This document shows, piece by piece, positions 1 to 12,949 of a DNA stretch of 64,000 nt. Origin of the DNA: Hydrolagus colliei (taxonomy: Eukaryota); assembly GCA_035084275.1 (NCBI GenBank), contig CM068757.1, positions 2,666,001 to 2,730,000 of the forward strand, written 5' to 3'. A program made the position numbers and the translations under genes. The notes below the pieces were generated by a model. That model did not search any database and had not been told where the DNA came from. It saw only the letters and a list, made by a program, of their open reading frames with translations. The stretch's first letter is position 1. The number at the start of each line of letters is the position of its first letter.

Positions 1-52
1 CTTTGGGATTCTGAATCACGTGACTATATCAAATGCAAGCTTTATTATTATT
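1..52 (+). mobile_element. 3' tail remnant of the young Deu-domain SINE
   Basis: ctatatcaaatgcaagc followed by (TTA)n, the same ending as the full copies. Confidence 0.6.
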
Positions 53-978
53 AAGAACCCGCAAGTTTACATATGTAATAAAGGGATGTCTATCAGCAGA
101 GGTGGAAAAGGATTTGGGTGCGCTTTTTGTTTGTTGACTGACCTTTCTCCTTCCCCAGAGATTTAATCATTTAACACATTAATAATTCCAACAATAATTC
201 ACAACTAAAATCAACAAGCAGCAAGAAGTGGGATAATTCAACCACTTTAATAACAGTACTATTACTACTAATATTATTATCTAGTAAGGTTCAACATATT
301 AAATTTTTCCTGATTTTCAAAATTATATTTTATCTAAGTCTAAATTTATCTTGGTGGAAGCGAGAGAGGAGCGGCATGTTTTGATGTAGCATAGATATTT
401 CTGTGTTCATGAATCCTAATAAACACTATCTTTTTGGTGTGTTTCACCTTCCTGTTAGAATGTAACAATATAATACTGTACATTGACAGCCAAGACTTCC
501 ATTCTAAGATCTCATCTCAACAGTAGATTCCAATATGCAGTTTTGCTGATTATATTTTCGCTTAGAACCTATTCATTGTGATTTGTAATGCACAGGGCAG
601 CTTGTTGTTCTTTTGGATAACAAACATCCAATATTAACTATCTTTACACCACAGGTCACGACTTCTGTGCGGAAGGACACCGATGCGGTGAGAACTCAGA
701 GTGCTGGAATCTCAACACAAAAGCTCTCTGCATCTGCAAAAATGGCTTTGTTCCTGTACAGGGCGACTCGGCGTATTGTGAAGGTAGGAAATGGTTTTCA
801 GCAGCATTTTGATGACACAGGCTTTCTAGCTACCGTTTGGAAAAGAGCAACTTGTTGTTCGTGCCTTTTAATGGAATATGTGGGGAGGGAGCGGGGGTGA
901 AATTTACAATATTTCAGAACTTTCATAAGAAACATTGCAAATTTCATCCCATGTACTCTGCAGCAGTTCACTGCATTG

Positions 979-1210
979 TTGGGAGAGAAATTCTACTTTG
1001 ATCTAGATTTGCTCTATTTTTACGTAGCACTTTCCAGAATTTGACAAATTCTAAAATGCAGCCTTTAATTTTGAAAGTAATTTACGAAAAGTTCTTTTAA
1101 GAAAACCAACTTCAAAGTTGAGGCCGGATTCAACAATTCACCAAATTCTCAAGGTCACAAAAAGCTGCATGTAGGGAACGAATGTGAATTCAGGTGGAAT
1201 TTCTTCCCAA
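979..1210. mobile_element. Old MITE-like element, family A (TIR about GGGAGAAATTCCACCTGAATCTAGATTC)
   Basis: Left ttgggagagaaattctactttgatctagatt and right aatgtgaattcaggtggaatttcttcccaa are imperfect inverted repeats. Related copies lie at 21594 and about 57300-57431. Confidence 0.65.
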
Positions 1211-2559
1211 GCCAGAGCAATGGTGTGATAACAGGTTGCCAACGGATTTGAATCAGAGTTGGTGGAGAGGTGGCTGTGTGCATTTCTGCTTTTGAGTTTA
1301 GTTTTGAAATCGATCGTCTGGCCAGATATTTAGAAGTTTTCAATTTAATGACAGTTGCTTCAATGCATTTGTCGGCAATTCCAACAGATGTTTGATTTCT
1401 GAAAACATTCAAAGTCTTTGTGAGTGATCCCACAGTGCTGATTTGGTTCCAAGAAAATTTCACTTTCCCAAGACTTGCTTTTATTCCTGGTTAGAAACTG
1501 AACGAGCACCAGTGGGCAAATGTAATTGCAACAGATAGTCCTGCTGTTTACCTTGATCACAGCTGTTGTCCTACATCCTTGCTTGTTTTTGGTCATTTGT
1601 CATCATTACCAGGCCACACTTTGACTCTATTGCTACAAAGGTGGACAAATGGTTTCGCATACTTATGGGTCCCAAGAACATTCTAGGTTCGGTCAATGCT
1701 GGATTCCCGCGGCACTTGTAAACGTGAGTGTACCACTGGACAGAGTCCACGACTTAATTGTCCTTGCTGATCTGATGAAGGACTTTAGGTTTCATTTACA
1801 TTCAGCGTACACACTGTGTTCAGTTTCCTCCCTGGTCAGATAAAAACATAGTGGCCAAATTGAAGACAGTCGTCTGAACAAAATGTTAGCTACTTGACTC
1901 GTTTTCATTTACATTCAGCATCTGGTTCTCAGAATATTGCAATGCACAACTCACACATTCTTGGGTTTTAAATCCAGTTATTTTCTCCCAATTTATGCTT
2001 GAATATTTTTGACGTGAGGCTGCTGCTTCCCTTAAACCTCCAGGTTTTAATGGGAGGTTTACAGATACCATCAGAATATTGAAGCTCTCCTACATTTTTT
2101 TGACAGCTGTTTGCACTAATAGAATGGATACCAATATAGCCTGAAGATGGACTGATTTTCATTTTGAAGTGGAATTAGCTTATTGATTCCAAAGAAATCT
2201 ACACCCTGTAAGAGTTTCCGTTCCTGGCAGCTGGGTGCCTGGGAATGTTTGGGATTATGTTTTGCTTAACTTGCAGTTTCTTTATATGAAAAAGAAACTC
2301 TTCAATTTATGATATATATGTATATCCATACATATGCGACTGATGTGTTTTCATGTTGATTGTTTGTCCCTACGTGCTCCCTCTCGGTCGTCTTATTCAT
2401 TTGTGCTACAATTGTAAAAGGAGAGCTCTCTAATATATTCCAATGCTTGTGTTTGTTTTTCTCTCTCGCAAGAAGAGTTTAATAAAAATGTATTGGCACA
2501 ATACATCAGGAAGTGAAGGAAAAAAAACAATTAAAATCAAACACTTGAGTGTTGGTCAG

Positions 2560-2780
2560 TCCTGTCAGACTGAGAAGACCCTTCAGCTCATTTATTCCTT
2601 TGCATCTTTCCAGAATACTCAACCTATCTTTATCCCATTCCAGAATTGAGCTTTTCTGGTCTCCACCACTCTTCCTGGTGACCTACTCCAGCTGTTAATT
2701 ACCCTGCGTATTAAGGAACACTTCCTGGTCTCCATCCTAAACTTTCCCTTCTCTGCACTGAACCTCTACCCTCTTATTTA
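2560..2780 (-). mobile_element. CR1-type LINE 3' fragment (end of ORF2 and 3' UTR)
   Basis: The minus strand reads RG*RFSAEKGKFRMETRKCSLIRRVINSWSRSPGRVVE, a decayed form of the CR1 C-terminal motif RGH.FK...F....RK.FF..RV...WN.LP..VV. Confidence 0.75.
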
Positions 2781-2850
2781 GAACCAGTCTGTATGATGTT
2801 ATTGTGTAGACGGTAGAAAAATGAACATGATGGGGGGAGAATTACCGTTC

Positions 2851-3180
2851 TAATAATAATAATTCTTGCATTTTTATATAGCGCTTTTCACATAATATTG
2901 ACGTCTCAATGCGCTTCACAGAATACACTATAAAGTGAATTGACTGTGTATTTGTGGGCCTAAGGCGGCAGCCAATTACGCACAGCAGTGTCCCACAAAC
3001 AATAATGGATTGAAATGACCAATTTTGATTTTTGTGTTCTTTTGGGGACGGATTATCATTAGGCTTGTGGAGTAAGGAAACTTGCCCAAGGTTTCACCCT
3101 GACCTGATCTGCCTGGATTCTAACACAGGTCTCACACTTACAAGGCGAGTGTTCTAACCACCGAGCTACAGAAGCTCCAC
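2851..3180 (-). mobile_element. Full-length young tRNA-derived Deu-domain SINE
   Basis: The reverse complement has the head GGAGCTTCTGTAGCTCGGTGGTTAGAAC (A box), a B-box-like tgttagaatcc, the core gtttgtgggacactgctgtgcgtaattggctgcc, an L2-like stem-loop end and (ATT)n. Confidence 0.92.
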
Positions 3181-4359
3181 TCTACTGTTAGTTTGATCCC
3201 AGCCTGCACATTTGTTGCATGCACTTTGGGAAATAATAACTGCAGAAATACTTATTGCAGAGATATTTTTAGTTCAGCCACTTTTTGATGATTTTCATGA
3301 CTGCACTTTTCCAAGTGTTAATGGGAACGTACTACCACTGTTTGTTGCAAACTGATGTTAGATTAGTCCTCAGCGCGTCTAGTGAAAAATGAACTCTGTC
3401 ATTTATCAAACCATGTTCCGTAACAGACTAACTACTCAACAGGAGCAATTAGCTGCTTTTATCAATAAAATGTCACAAAAAAAAGGCATTAAGGAGAGCT
3501 GAGTACAGGGTTAAATCCATCATATTTGTTAAAGCTAAAAAGAAGTTCATGATCCAAAACCAGAACATTGATCTTTGTATCCAACGTTCCAACTGAGTAA
3601 CCTTTTATAATTAACTCTAATCTGAGTTCAGTTGCTGCATTTAGAGTGCAGAATGACTTCTTGAAAATATTGCAACATGGATTTTCTGATTTCCCATTTG
3701 AATTTGCTGACTGATTAAAAAAAAGGATTGTACAGAAATCCATTCATCTGTCTCCAGCCATAGTGAAAGGCAGATGAAGGCCTGGCAGTGTAGAAGTCAA
3801 TTGCAAAATGGGACTTCTGAATTCACGGCGCAGTTCACAGTAGCTTTAGCAAAATCATATTTCCAGGCTCTTAACAGTACTGTTACATTTCACTTGGAAA
3901 CTTGGCAGCGGGGTCCCTGTTTCAGGACTGTAATTCTCACCATCAGGGTTGTAATGGAGCACAAAGCTGCCGCGATGTGTGTTGTATTGTGTGTGCGTCT
4001 GGGTGTGCAGATTGCACTCTGATACCGCTGCCTGGAAAATGGCAGCCGTTGCCATTGCTTCCTGAGTGTATTGTCCCTGTGCACAGTGCCTATGTGCTTC
4101 CTGCACCTACAGTAAAAGCGCAGGGAGTTGATACTGTATACAATATCATATACAGTAATTGGTTTCTATTGTCGAATCTCCACCCGCATTAAAGCTACTG
4201 TCTGTATAAAGTAGGAATTCTCATCTTAAATGGACCGGAACACACCAAATTACAGTACAACACATTATTCCACCTTTACACTACCTGAGGTGTAATGAAC
4301 CAAGTCCGGCAACTATATACGTCAAACAAACTAATATTCTGGCCCACATATTCAATGCA

Positions 4360-4648
4360 AGTGTCCGCCACAATCTTCTCCAGCTCGCTTTCTTGCTTGC
4401 CCCTTCCACTTGGCAAAATCTAGATGTTCTGTGTCTCTCTTTTTTCAATCTGATCCTCTCCAGTCTCCACAGTTGTTGCTGTGCAACTGCCGTGTCTCTC
4501 TCTACCTTCAGGAACCTGCTCCCTAATTCTCTCATGTCTCCTGGAAGGGATGGTTACATTCCCTCCTTACATCCCCAACCCCAATGTTTCACAAAGTGCT
4601 TTGAGATGTTGTTTTAATATGAAAAGGTGCTATTTAAATGCAAATCCT
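4360..4648 (+). mobile_element. Degenerate L2 LINE 3' end
   Basis: A pyrimidine-rich body ends in aaagtgctttgagatg...tgaaaaggtgctatttaaatgcaaat. Confidence 0.55.
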
Positions 4649-5094
4649 TTTGTAAAATAGTTCTTGCTCAAAATATAGTGATATACACATTTTGATTGCT
4701 GCCTAGTAACAGAATATAAATGAGCCTATTTTAACAACTGGCAATTAGTGGTGTGTAATTGAGTTTTGTAGTGTTGCTATTTTATTCTTCTAATTTAATT
4801 TGCTGTGGAAAAGGGACATTGTCATCTTGAAGTGGTGGGGTTTGGCACAACTTCAAGGAGAAAATATAAACGGGATTTGCAGCCTGTCAAAAGACCCAAC
4901 AAACTGGCAGATTTCATGCAAGTGACACATACTGTTTTAAGTTATTTCACTTCACTATATGCCCTGCCTTGAACAAGGCTGACTTTTTAGTAGCTCTTTT
5001 ACCACGAAAAGCCTTTTCATCTGAATGTTTCTGCAACAAAAACCATTCCGACAACAGATTCCATGGGGCAACGGATAATGAATATTCCATTAGA

Positions 5095-5224
5095 TCGCCT
5101 GCAAAATATGCGGTCAATTCACTTTACAGTGTGTTCTGTGAAGCGCATTGAAACGTCTCAAAGACATGATAAGGCGCTATATCAACTGTAGGGATTATTA
5201 TTACTGTATTATTATTATTATTAT
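5095..5224 (+). mobile_element. 5'-truncated young Deu SINE
   Basis: gtcaattcactttacagtgtgttctgtgaagcgc...gcgctatatcaa followed by (ATT)n. Confidence 0.85.
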
Positions 5225-5989
5225 TTGCTTTACCTTCTAGGTTTAATGTTTTTAATTTTTGCTTAACCAAACTGAAAGGAGCAACAGATTCTGACTTCAG
5301 TCGCTAATTATAGCAATCTTCATGTTCCATTATTATAATGGTATCCCATTCTAGCGAGATTGCTCTTCTCAGCGGTTTGTCACGTGACAAAACCCCCAGC
5401 ATGAGGGAGTAGAATTAACATCTATAGATGGTCATTAAGTTGTGATGCTTCACTGATCTTGTTGTTTTAATTGTATGTGTTAATTAATCTGTCACACTCC
5501 TGGGCTCAAGATGCCCTCCCAACCACTGCTCCTGATGGTGATGGATATGAGAGAGTTGTGTCTGGTATGTTGTGTGTGTGGTGTGTGTGTGTGATTAAAA
5601 AAAATTGTACATCAATAAAAACATAATTGAAAATTGAAATCGAAGCCTTTTAAAATGCTTGGCTTTCTTTTAAGGAAAACAATTCAGATCTTGTTTATTG
5701 ACGATGCTGTTTAGAGATCCTATTATATACTTTAAAGAGTTCTGGTTGAAATTATCCAATTTTTAATCCCTGGTCAGTGCTGAGTTATGTGATCTCATAC
5801 ATAATAAGTTCACTAAAAGTATCTGTATGCGCCTGGACTTATAGAGCCAGATCAGCCAGGATTCCTCCACCTGATCACTTTCTAGTGATATCTCCTATCG
5901 ATAAGTGTGTTGCTTGGATGCCTGGTGAGGTGGTAACATATGATAACTGTACCACAGGGAGAATCCTCACAGAGAAGGAGAGAGAATGT

Positions 5990-6292
5990 CGAGTCCTGTA
6001 ACTCAGTAGCTGGAGCACTCGCCTTGCAAGCAAGAGATCTGAGTTTGATTCCGGGCAGGGCAAAACCTTGGGCAAGTTTCCTTATTCTACACGCCTGATA
6101 ATAATCCCTCCCCCCCCAAAAAAAATTGGTCATTTCAATCCACGACTGTTTGTGGGACACAGCTGCGTGCAATTGGCTGCCGCTTTTCGCCCACAAATAG
6201 ACAGTCAATTCACTTTACAGTATATTCTATTGAGTGCTTTGAGACGTCTAGAAGATGTGAAAAGTGCTTTACGAAATGCAAGGATTATTATT
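5990..6292 (+). mobile_element. Full-length young Deu SINE
   Basis: Head gagtcctgtaactcagtagctggagcactcgccttgcaag, B box gagtttgattcc, Deu core and tail aatgcaaggattattatt. Confidence 0.92.
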
Positions 6293-7349
6293 GGTGTGTG
6301 TGTGTGTGTGAAGAGTGAGAGTGTGGGGGAGAAATTGGATTGAGAAGAATTTGTTACTCATCTGACTCGATGATATTCCAGACCCCTTTATATTTTATAA
6401 GGTCTCTTGTACTCTTATCTTTTTTTCGCATCTTGGTAATGTTTAAACTAATGCAGTTGATGCCAAACGAGGTTAATGGGGTGTTGCTTTTTAAAAGGAG
6501 CTTGTTTTCAGGCCTCAATTGGGTTTGATCGGGCCAGTCTGATAAATGGGGTGATTTAACCGTCACTATTCCAATTAGAATCCTATGGCTCCAGTGCCAT
6601 AAACCATCTGGAATGAAAATGAATAGAAATAGAAGAGAGGGGGCCATTGAACTTTTCACAATCACATTACTTCACCATTACAGCTCAACTTGGTCTCTCT
6701 TGTGATAGATAAATAATCACGGGTATAACTTGCAGAAAGTTAAGTGCTGTAATTTTTTGCTGTGATTATCAGAGTTAATCCCAGTGACTCTGGATATAAA
6801 TGAGCTTGTTCAAAAAAGGAACGAGATCTGTTTTCTAGAATATTTTAAAAAAGGATTCAGTATTATTAGATGATGGGTTTAATGTATTGAAGGAAACTTT
6901 TGGGAAGTTGGATGAGTGAGCTAGAGAGAATGATGCTACTTCTGCAGTGTGAAATATTCAAATGTAATCTGTTAGTTTTCACTGATGGTATATGAATGGT
7001 TCTATTTGTGTTTCATAACATTGGGTCTATGTAGCGAACAGAAAGATGAGTTTTTCTATTCAATGAGTCTGGGGCTGTTATAACTTCAGAGCTCCAAAAT
7101 GAATTGATACCTCACTCCTCTGACTATCCATCTTTTAGTTAAACTGTGGTAGGATTAGTATTGTGCAAACGTGTATTTCTTTATTCAGTTCTATCTTATG
7201 ATATTTATCTAATGCTAATAAACCTTAACCTAGTTCAAAGATGTAGCGGTATATTATAATTGAGTGTATTTTTTTGCTGTTCACATTGTTTTTTCAAAGT
7301 TTAACTGTTCATATTGGAGTCGGATAGCGCTTTATATCTTTTGTCAAAT

Positions 7350-7468
7350 TAGAAATTGCCCACAAATTGCCTGTTTCGTTTGCCGACAAAATACGGTCAC
7401 TACACTTTACAGAAAAATCCCATAAAGTGCTGATGTGGAAGATGCTACATAATGCGAGGATTATTATA
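7350..7468 (+). mobile_element. Degenerate Deu SINE 3' part
   Basis: tttgccgacaaaatacggtcactacactttacag...aatgcgaggattattata. Confidence 0.55.
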
Positions 7469-8664
7469 AACAGACTAACGCAACGAATGGTCAATTATAG
7501 GAGAAAAACAAGTGCAAAAACTTTGAATGGCAGCCTCTCTGGAGGCATGACATGGTGACTCAGTCTCTTTACTTTGCTGAACCAAGGTTAGGTTGCAGTC
7601 ACGTGTGTTCCCAGATCTGTTTCATCCCTGTGGCATTGCAGGTTCAATAATGCTTGTATAATCCTATTGCATAGAATTGTGTGTGGTTGGGTGACGGCGA
7701 TGCATTGAGGGATATGCTTTGAGGGAGACGGAAGGCGATTTGTAGGAGATTTTAGTCAGAGTTAAATGTCTCTAATCTCTATGCAATGCTCGATTGCTTT
7801 TGGCAGGTGCTTGTGTTATCATTGTTATCTCCCTACACCACATAGGCAGTCAGGTCACTGTGCTTTGTTTTCGCCTTCTATCAGAACAAAGATCTCTGGA
7901 TAAAAGGCAGCTTTCGGACTTCTATTTGGAACAATGTCCGCTTTGGCTATGCTTCGTACTTTTTAAATGGCCTTCTGTAAAGTGCTCTGCGGTAGTGCGA
8001 CTGCTGTAGATTGCTGAGTAGAACTTTTATTTACTGTAACAATGTCGAGTCTGTACAGGAATGTGGTCCACTTTCAAATGCCTGTTCAAGTCTCAATCTT
8101 GACTTTTGTCATGAAAACTAGTCTGAACGAATTTCAGAGAACGTAACCTTTTACAGTGTCACACTGGTCTTGTTCCGTTGCTCCCAGCTGGCATTGGTGC
8201 TAATAAATATGAGGTTTTTTTGTTTACCGCCTCTGTTATGTGAAGGTTAACAAAACCGAGGCGAAACAATGCCTGTTCGTTCTTGCATAGTACTTGTGCA
8301 TTGCAGCTGACTGCAATTGGCTGATGAATAACCTTTCAACACTAACTCTGTATCCTGCAAATGTGGACTTTGTTTATTTTGCTCAATTGTTCAGAGGTCG
8401 CGAGGTTGTGTGGGAAAGAAACAGTCTCTTGAGGAAGAAATAAGAAGGTGGAATTTACAAATACAGAGTGAAAGACGAGTCACAACTTGCTGCAGTGCCC
8501 TGTACATCCCTGGCTTACATTGGCACCAACTTGATACTGTAAATTATAATGAAGTGATTTTTGGAGCAATACGCAACACATTTGAAACTACATTACATGC
8601 AGAGTTAGCATTCTGCGGCACTTACAGAGGGTTTAGGTCATATCACGGCAATATTGGAGCTTCT

Positions 8665-8820
8665 TAATAAAGAAAGAATATTCCTTGCATTTGATGGAGT
8701 GCCTTTCATGTTGAGAAGACATTGCAAAGCTCCAGACAGGATTTACAGTACAACCTGCACCTTGGGATGTCCTCCCGACATGAAGAGCGCTCTATCAATG
8801 TAATTTTGTTGTTGTTGTTG
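8665..8820. mobile_element. Two back-to-back retroposon tails: minus-strand SINE tail (about 8665-8730) and plus-strand L2 tail (about 8755-8820)
   Basis: ccttgcatttgatggagtgcctttcatg (minus tail), then ccttgggatgtcctcccgacatgaagagcgctctatcaatgtaatttt(GTT)n. Confidence 0.7.
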
Positions 8821-9484
8821 CACTGTGCAATCTGGTGACTGTAGGTAAACAGCTGCAAAGAATTTATCGTTGATAATCAGGTAAAGGACAATCCATCCAA
8901 ACAGTCGTGGGAATTGGTTTAGAAGCTTTTGGCAGGACATAGTAGAGGGGTGAACAACTGTGTGCAACTTCATAGTGTACTGGCAACACTTACTGGGAAC
9001 TTCGGGTTCGTGTGTGTAAAAAAAAATGGATCAGTTCAGCTTATTAGCCTTTTGTGGCCTGGAAAATGTAATGTAAGGGGTGAATCTGAAGCACCATATC
9101 TCTAAGGAAATAGAATAATGACCAAAATATATTCCTGCATTAACCTGGCAGTTTGCAATCAATGCACAAGCAACAGCTCTGCTGTTTTGCACATTAGTGA
9201 TCTGAATGTATCTCTAGATGCAGCGGTAGATTAATCATCTCAGAGGCCAACAGAGACGATCGGCCTCTCTGCTCTGTCAAATTTACGAGAGTATATATTA
9301 TGCATTTAAAAAAATATAATATCATCAAGTAGATCAAGGTATCCAGTGTAACTGTGCTCGTGGGTAATCCCAGCTGCCTCTTGTTACAGGACCCTTCCAA
9401 TGTGGTTTGTGCAAACTGAATAAATAGGGATTTACACATGGTCATTATGTGACGTTAACTGAAATTGCTACCGGTAGCCAGCAC

Positions 9485-9555
9485 GGGAGACCATCGTACT
9501 GTCCTAATAAAGGTGATTTGGGAAAACCTTTATTAGGACAGTCCAATGGTCTCCC
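9485..9555. repeat. Inverted repeat, 30-bp arms with 2 mismatches and an 11-nt loop
   Basis: gggagaccatcgtactgtcctaataaaggt (9485-9514) and acctttattaggacagtccaatggtctccc (9526-9555). Confidence 0.9.
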
Positions 9556-10777
9556 ATTTGCACACATCCTGTTGTGTCCCCCGCAGGAAGGTAGTGGCTA
9601 CAACCTGCATCCTGAATTTTAACTAACTGGGAAGTAAAGCAATGAGATGTAATTTACATGCGTTTTTTTTCTTTAAAAAATAGGATATGTGCTTCGGTGT
9701 CAAAAAAACCAATTTGGGACATTTTTTATTAAAACAAAAATAATCAGTGTACAAGAATTGACATTGTCTCTTTCACATCAGTGCACACAGTGCTGTGTTT
9801 ATGCATTCCAAGCGATTCCAATGGCAGCTAGTGGAACCTTTGCTCCTTCCAGCAACTAACCCAGGGTTGACAACTGATTGGGTGTCTCAAGATCAGATGA
9901 ACTGGGCTAGATTTGGGCCATGATTGAGGTGACGATGGACCAAACTATTCTTATGACCAAATAAATTTCGGAAAGACATTCTACTGAACTGTCCCATTAG
10001 TTTGCCTTTTTATGAATAATGTCAGTGCACAAGGCAGTGCCTGGCCAGCTCCATCTGCAAGATATTGTCTGTGTAATGCACCTATTTCCAGTTACCATCC
10101 GTGCTCCCAATTGAGATCAATATCCACTGGGTACTGTGCTGTTTTATAGGACTATTTCATTCTGTGAAATATTTGTTCATTTCAGTCCCTCTTATAATCA
10201 ATACTGTTCTCAAACAAAAGCTCATCCAACACAAACTGTTTCTGTTGGGAGACTATTTCACTGAGGGATCTAAATCCTGCCCTTCCTCTCAATCATTTCA
10301 CAATGAGAGGTTCAGCTCTGAAATCCTCTGCACATAATTTAGACGGTGGATTAAAAATTTGTGATTGATGTGATGTGTCACTGAATACTTCCTCCCCCAC
10401 TTCCCTCGCATACATATCACCTTTCTGACCACTGTAGTCAGAAAAACTGCTTTGTGTTTGCTCGTGTTACCATGGTTCCTTGAATTCGTCTTCTGAAATC
10501 AAAATTACAGTAACAAAAGAAGGAATAATTATGAGTTTAGCACAAAAAAATCGAATTGATAGTTTTTAAGAAGCTATTATTTTTTCATGACTAAATTGCG
10601 TCAAAAATAGAGAGTGATGAAGTGCCCTGTATCATCGCAGCACATTCATATTGAATAGTATTTGTGAACAAGTAACAGTGTCAGAAAACTGGTGTTAATA
10701 GGGGCGATGGACCTATGCAGTCATTTATGGCATTTTTTTCAATGTACAGTAAATTGAAAATAGTGAATCCTGCTTTT

Positions 10778-11027
10778 GTGAGAGCTCCTGTGGCTTAGTG
10801 GTTAGAGCACTTGTCTTGCAAGCTGGGGAGACCAAGCTGGGGAGACCTGTGTTCGAATCCAGGCAGGTCAGGGCGAAACCTTGGACAAGTTTCCTTACTC
10901 CACACTCCTAATAATAATCCGTCCAAAAAACCACAATAATAAAATTGGTCATTTCAATCCACGACTGTTTGTGTGGGACACTGCTGTGCAATTTGCTATA
11001 TCAAATGCAAGGATTATTATTATTATT
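10778..11027 (+). mobile_element. Young Deu SINE with an internal 14-bp duplication and an internal deletion
   Basis: A box tggcttagtgg and B box tgttcgaatcc are present. caagctggggagac occurs twice (10819-10846). The core jumps from ctgctgtgcaatt directly to gctatatcaaatgcaagg. Confidence 0.9.
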
Positions 11028-12029
11028 TTGATTTTGAATGCATTTTAATGCTGCCCTTTGTTTTAAAAGAAAATCCAGGGCATAATCACTTTTTACTTAT
11101 TTAGACCTGATTGGCAAACAGTGTTGTTTGTTTTTGTCTATATCATAGTCGATATAGCAAACTGCTATCTTGTCTTAGTTTATCTGTGCTTTTGTCCTCG
11201 CTCTGTTATTAGAGAGATTGAAAGGTGGATTCAAATCGTCAGTACATCAATACTTACAAGGCAAAGTAAATAAGTGCTGACAACTCAATTGCATCTGGTT
11301 TCAATTCTCATGTATAACGCAGTGCTCATCTCTATGCATGTTAACGTATGCTGAGCACCGGTTAAGCCTTATGATTTTCATGAGAGACTGAGGGAGGCTT
11401 AGATTGGGAGCAGGACAAGTTGGGATGGCATTAGGAGTGCTGCTTTACATCTGCTGACAGTATCTGATGTGTACGGGTATTAAAGTTCCATGTCTCCCAT
11501 CTGCAGTGTTTTGTAAGTGTCAGGATTGACGTGATTACAATGCATCTCAGGAAATGAAGTGTTAAGTGATCAAAGGATACTGAAATAGTTGCACTGCACA
11601 TGTCAGCAGCTCAGTAGGAAGTTCGTAGATGGGTGACCAACTGCTACCTCTCTTGGCTATGTCATGGTGAAACTAGTTTGGGAAAGTCACTTTGCACAGA
11701 TCTTTGCATCAAACTGTATTTATTTTGTTAAGGTTCTCTGATTCACTTTTCAAGCTTTCCTCTTGGTTCTCTGAATGTCATCTACGTCTAGCTTGAAGGC
11801 TCTCTGTTTCAAATGGTAGTCCTTGAATCTTTCATAGTATTTCCCAAGAACTCTTCAAGCAAATTTAACGTTTGACTGTAGATATTGATTGTCCTCTGTT
11901 GTGTGCTGTAAATAATTTAGGTGAACAGTGGAGTCAAAAGGTATCATATCCCTCATACATATTTCCATTGAAAAATTAAGTAACTAATGTATGGCTGACA
12001 GGGGGTGTAGTGTTTTGTCGTGAGCTGTC

Positions 12030-12118
12030 AGGTGTCAGCCTAGCTCTGATGGTAACACTCTCACCTCTGAGTCAGAAGGTCATGGGTTCAAGCTAAAGTC
12101 TGGACTTTGAACTGACAC
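12030..12118 (+). mobile_element. tRNA-derived head of an older SacSINE1-like SINE
   Basis: gtcagcctagctctgatggtaacactctcacctctgagtcagaaggtcatgggttcaag resembles the recalled SacSINE1 head. Confidence 0.7.
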
Positions 12119-12949
12119 AGACACTTTCCAGATAGTGACCACAGGGCACAAGGGTTTTTACAGCGATATTTATTCATAGACGGTGCCAGAGAGAGCGAGA
12201 GAGAGAGTCAGGTTGAAAAATGAAGCTACTTTCTGAGCAAATGTGGGATTTACTCAAGTCAAAATTCTATATTTTCAGTAAAATATTTTAACATGATTTC
12301 TGAATACTTGTAGTCATTTAGCTTTTTTTCCTACAGTAGTATTTTGCTTGCTTAGTCTGTATTCAACCCGATCATGATTCCTTCCCTTTTGGGTCTCTTC
12401 CTCTTGTGACGCATTGGGGACATGCTACAACAGTCTCTCTCAGTGTGATTTAAAGCTTTGATTCTGTGCTTCGTTCTCATGTTGCACGTTTCTTGAATTT
12501 GGCACCGTTTCCCTTTGACAGCTGTTCTTCTAAACTTTGATTTACTTCAAATATCGCCAGCTGTGAGGGACACAAAACGTTGAGTGGGTGGGGGGGGGAA
12601 AAAATGCCAAATGGTTGAATGACTGGGAGTTTAGAGACATTTGTGATCCAAATGCCTTGTAATATGTTGCAAATCTGTTCATGTTCCTGGCTTGGGTTCT
12701 CCACTGCTCTGCTCATTTGTTTTCCGTAGTTGGTAATGGCCATCAATCATGATTTCCATCGGTCACTGAACAACGACAGTCTGACACAAAAAAGCCTCCC
12801 ATTCGTGCCATTAACCTTTACACAAATGGGGAAGGATAGAACAATTTAGTTTTTCAGAACAAGGATGGCATTTTAAAAAATTTGTGTTGGAAACTGCAAA
12901 GGACAGACAGCATTGTGCGTTAGTCTCCGAGGATTAATGCTGACTGGGA

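Noticed and set aside
3774-4192. Four overlapping Cys/His-rich ORFs, possibly an exon
   Set aside because: There is no EGF/VWC cysteine spacing or convincing splice pair. The composition comes from TG-rich sequence.
5990-6065. tRNA genes (A/B boxes, TGC anticodon-like loop) here and at 10778, 15152 and 57935
   Set aside because: These are SINE heads. They lack an acceptor stem, differ between copies and mostly continue into the SINE body.
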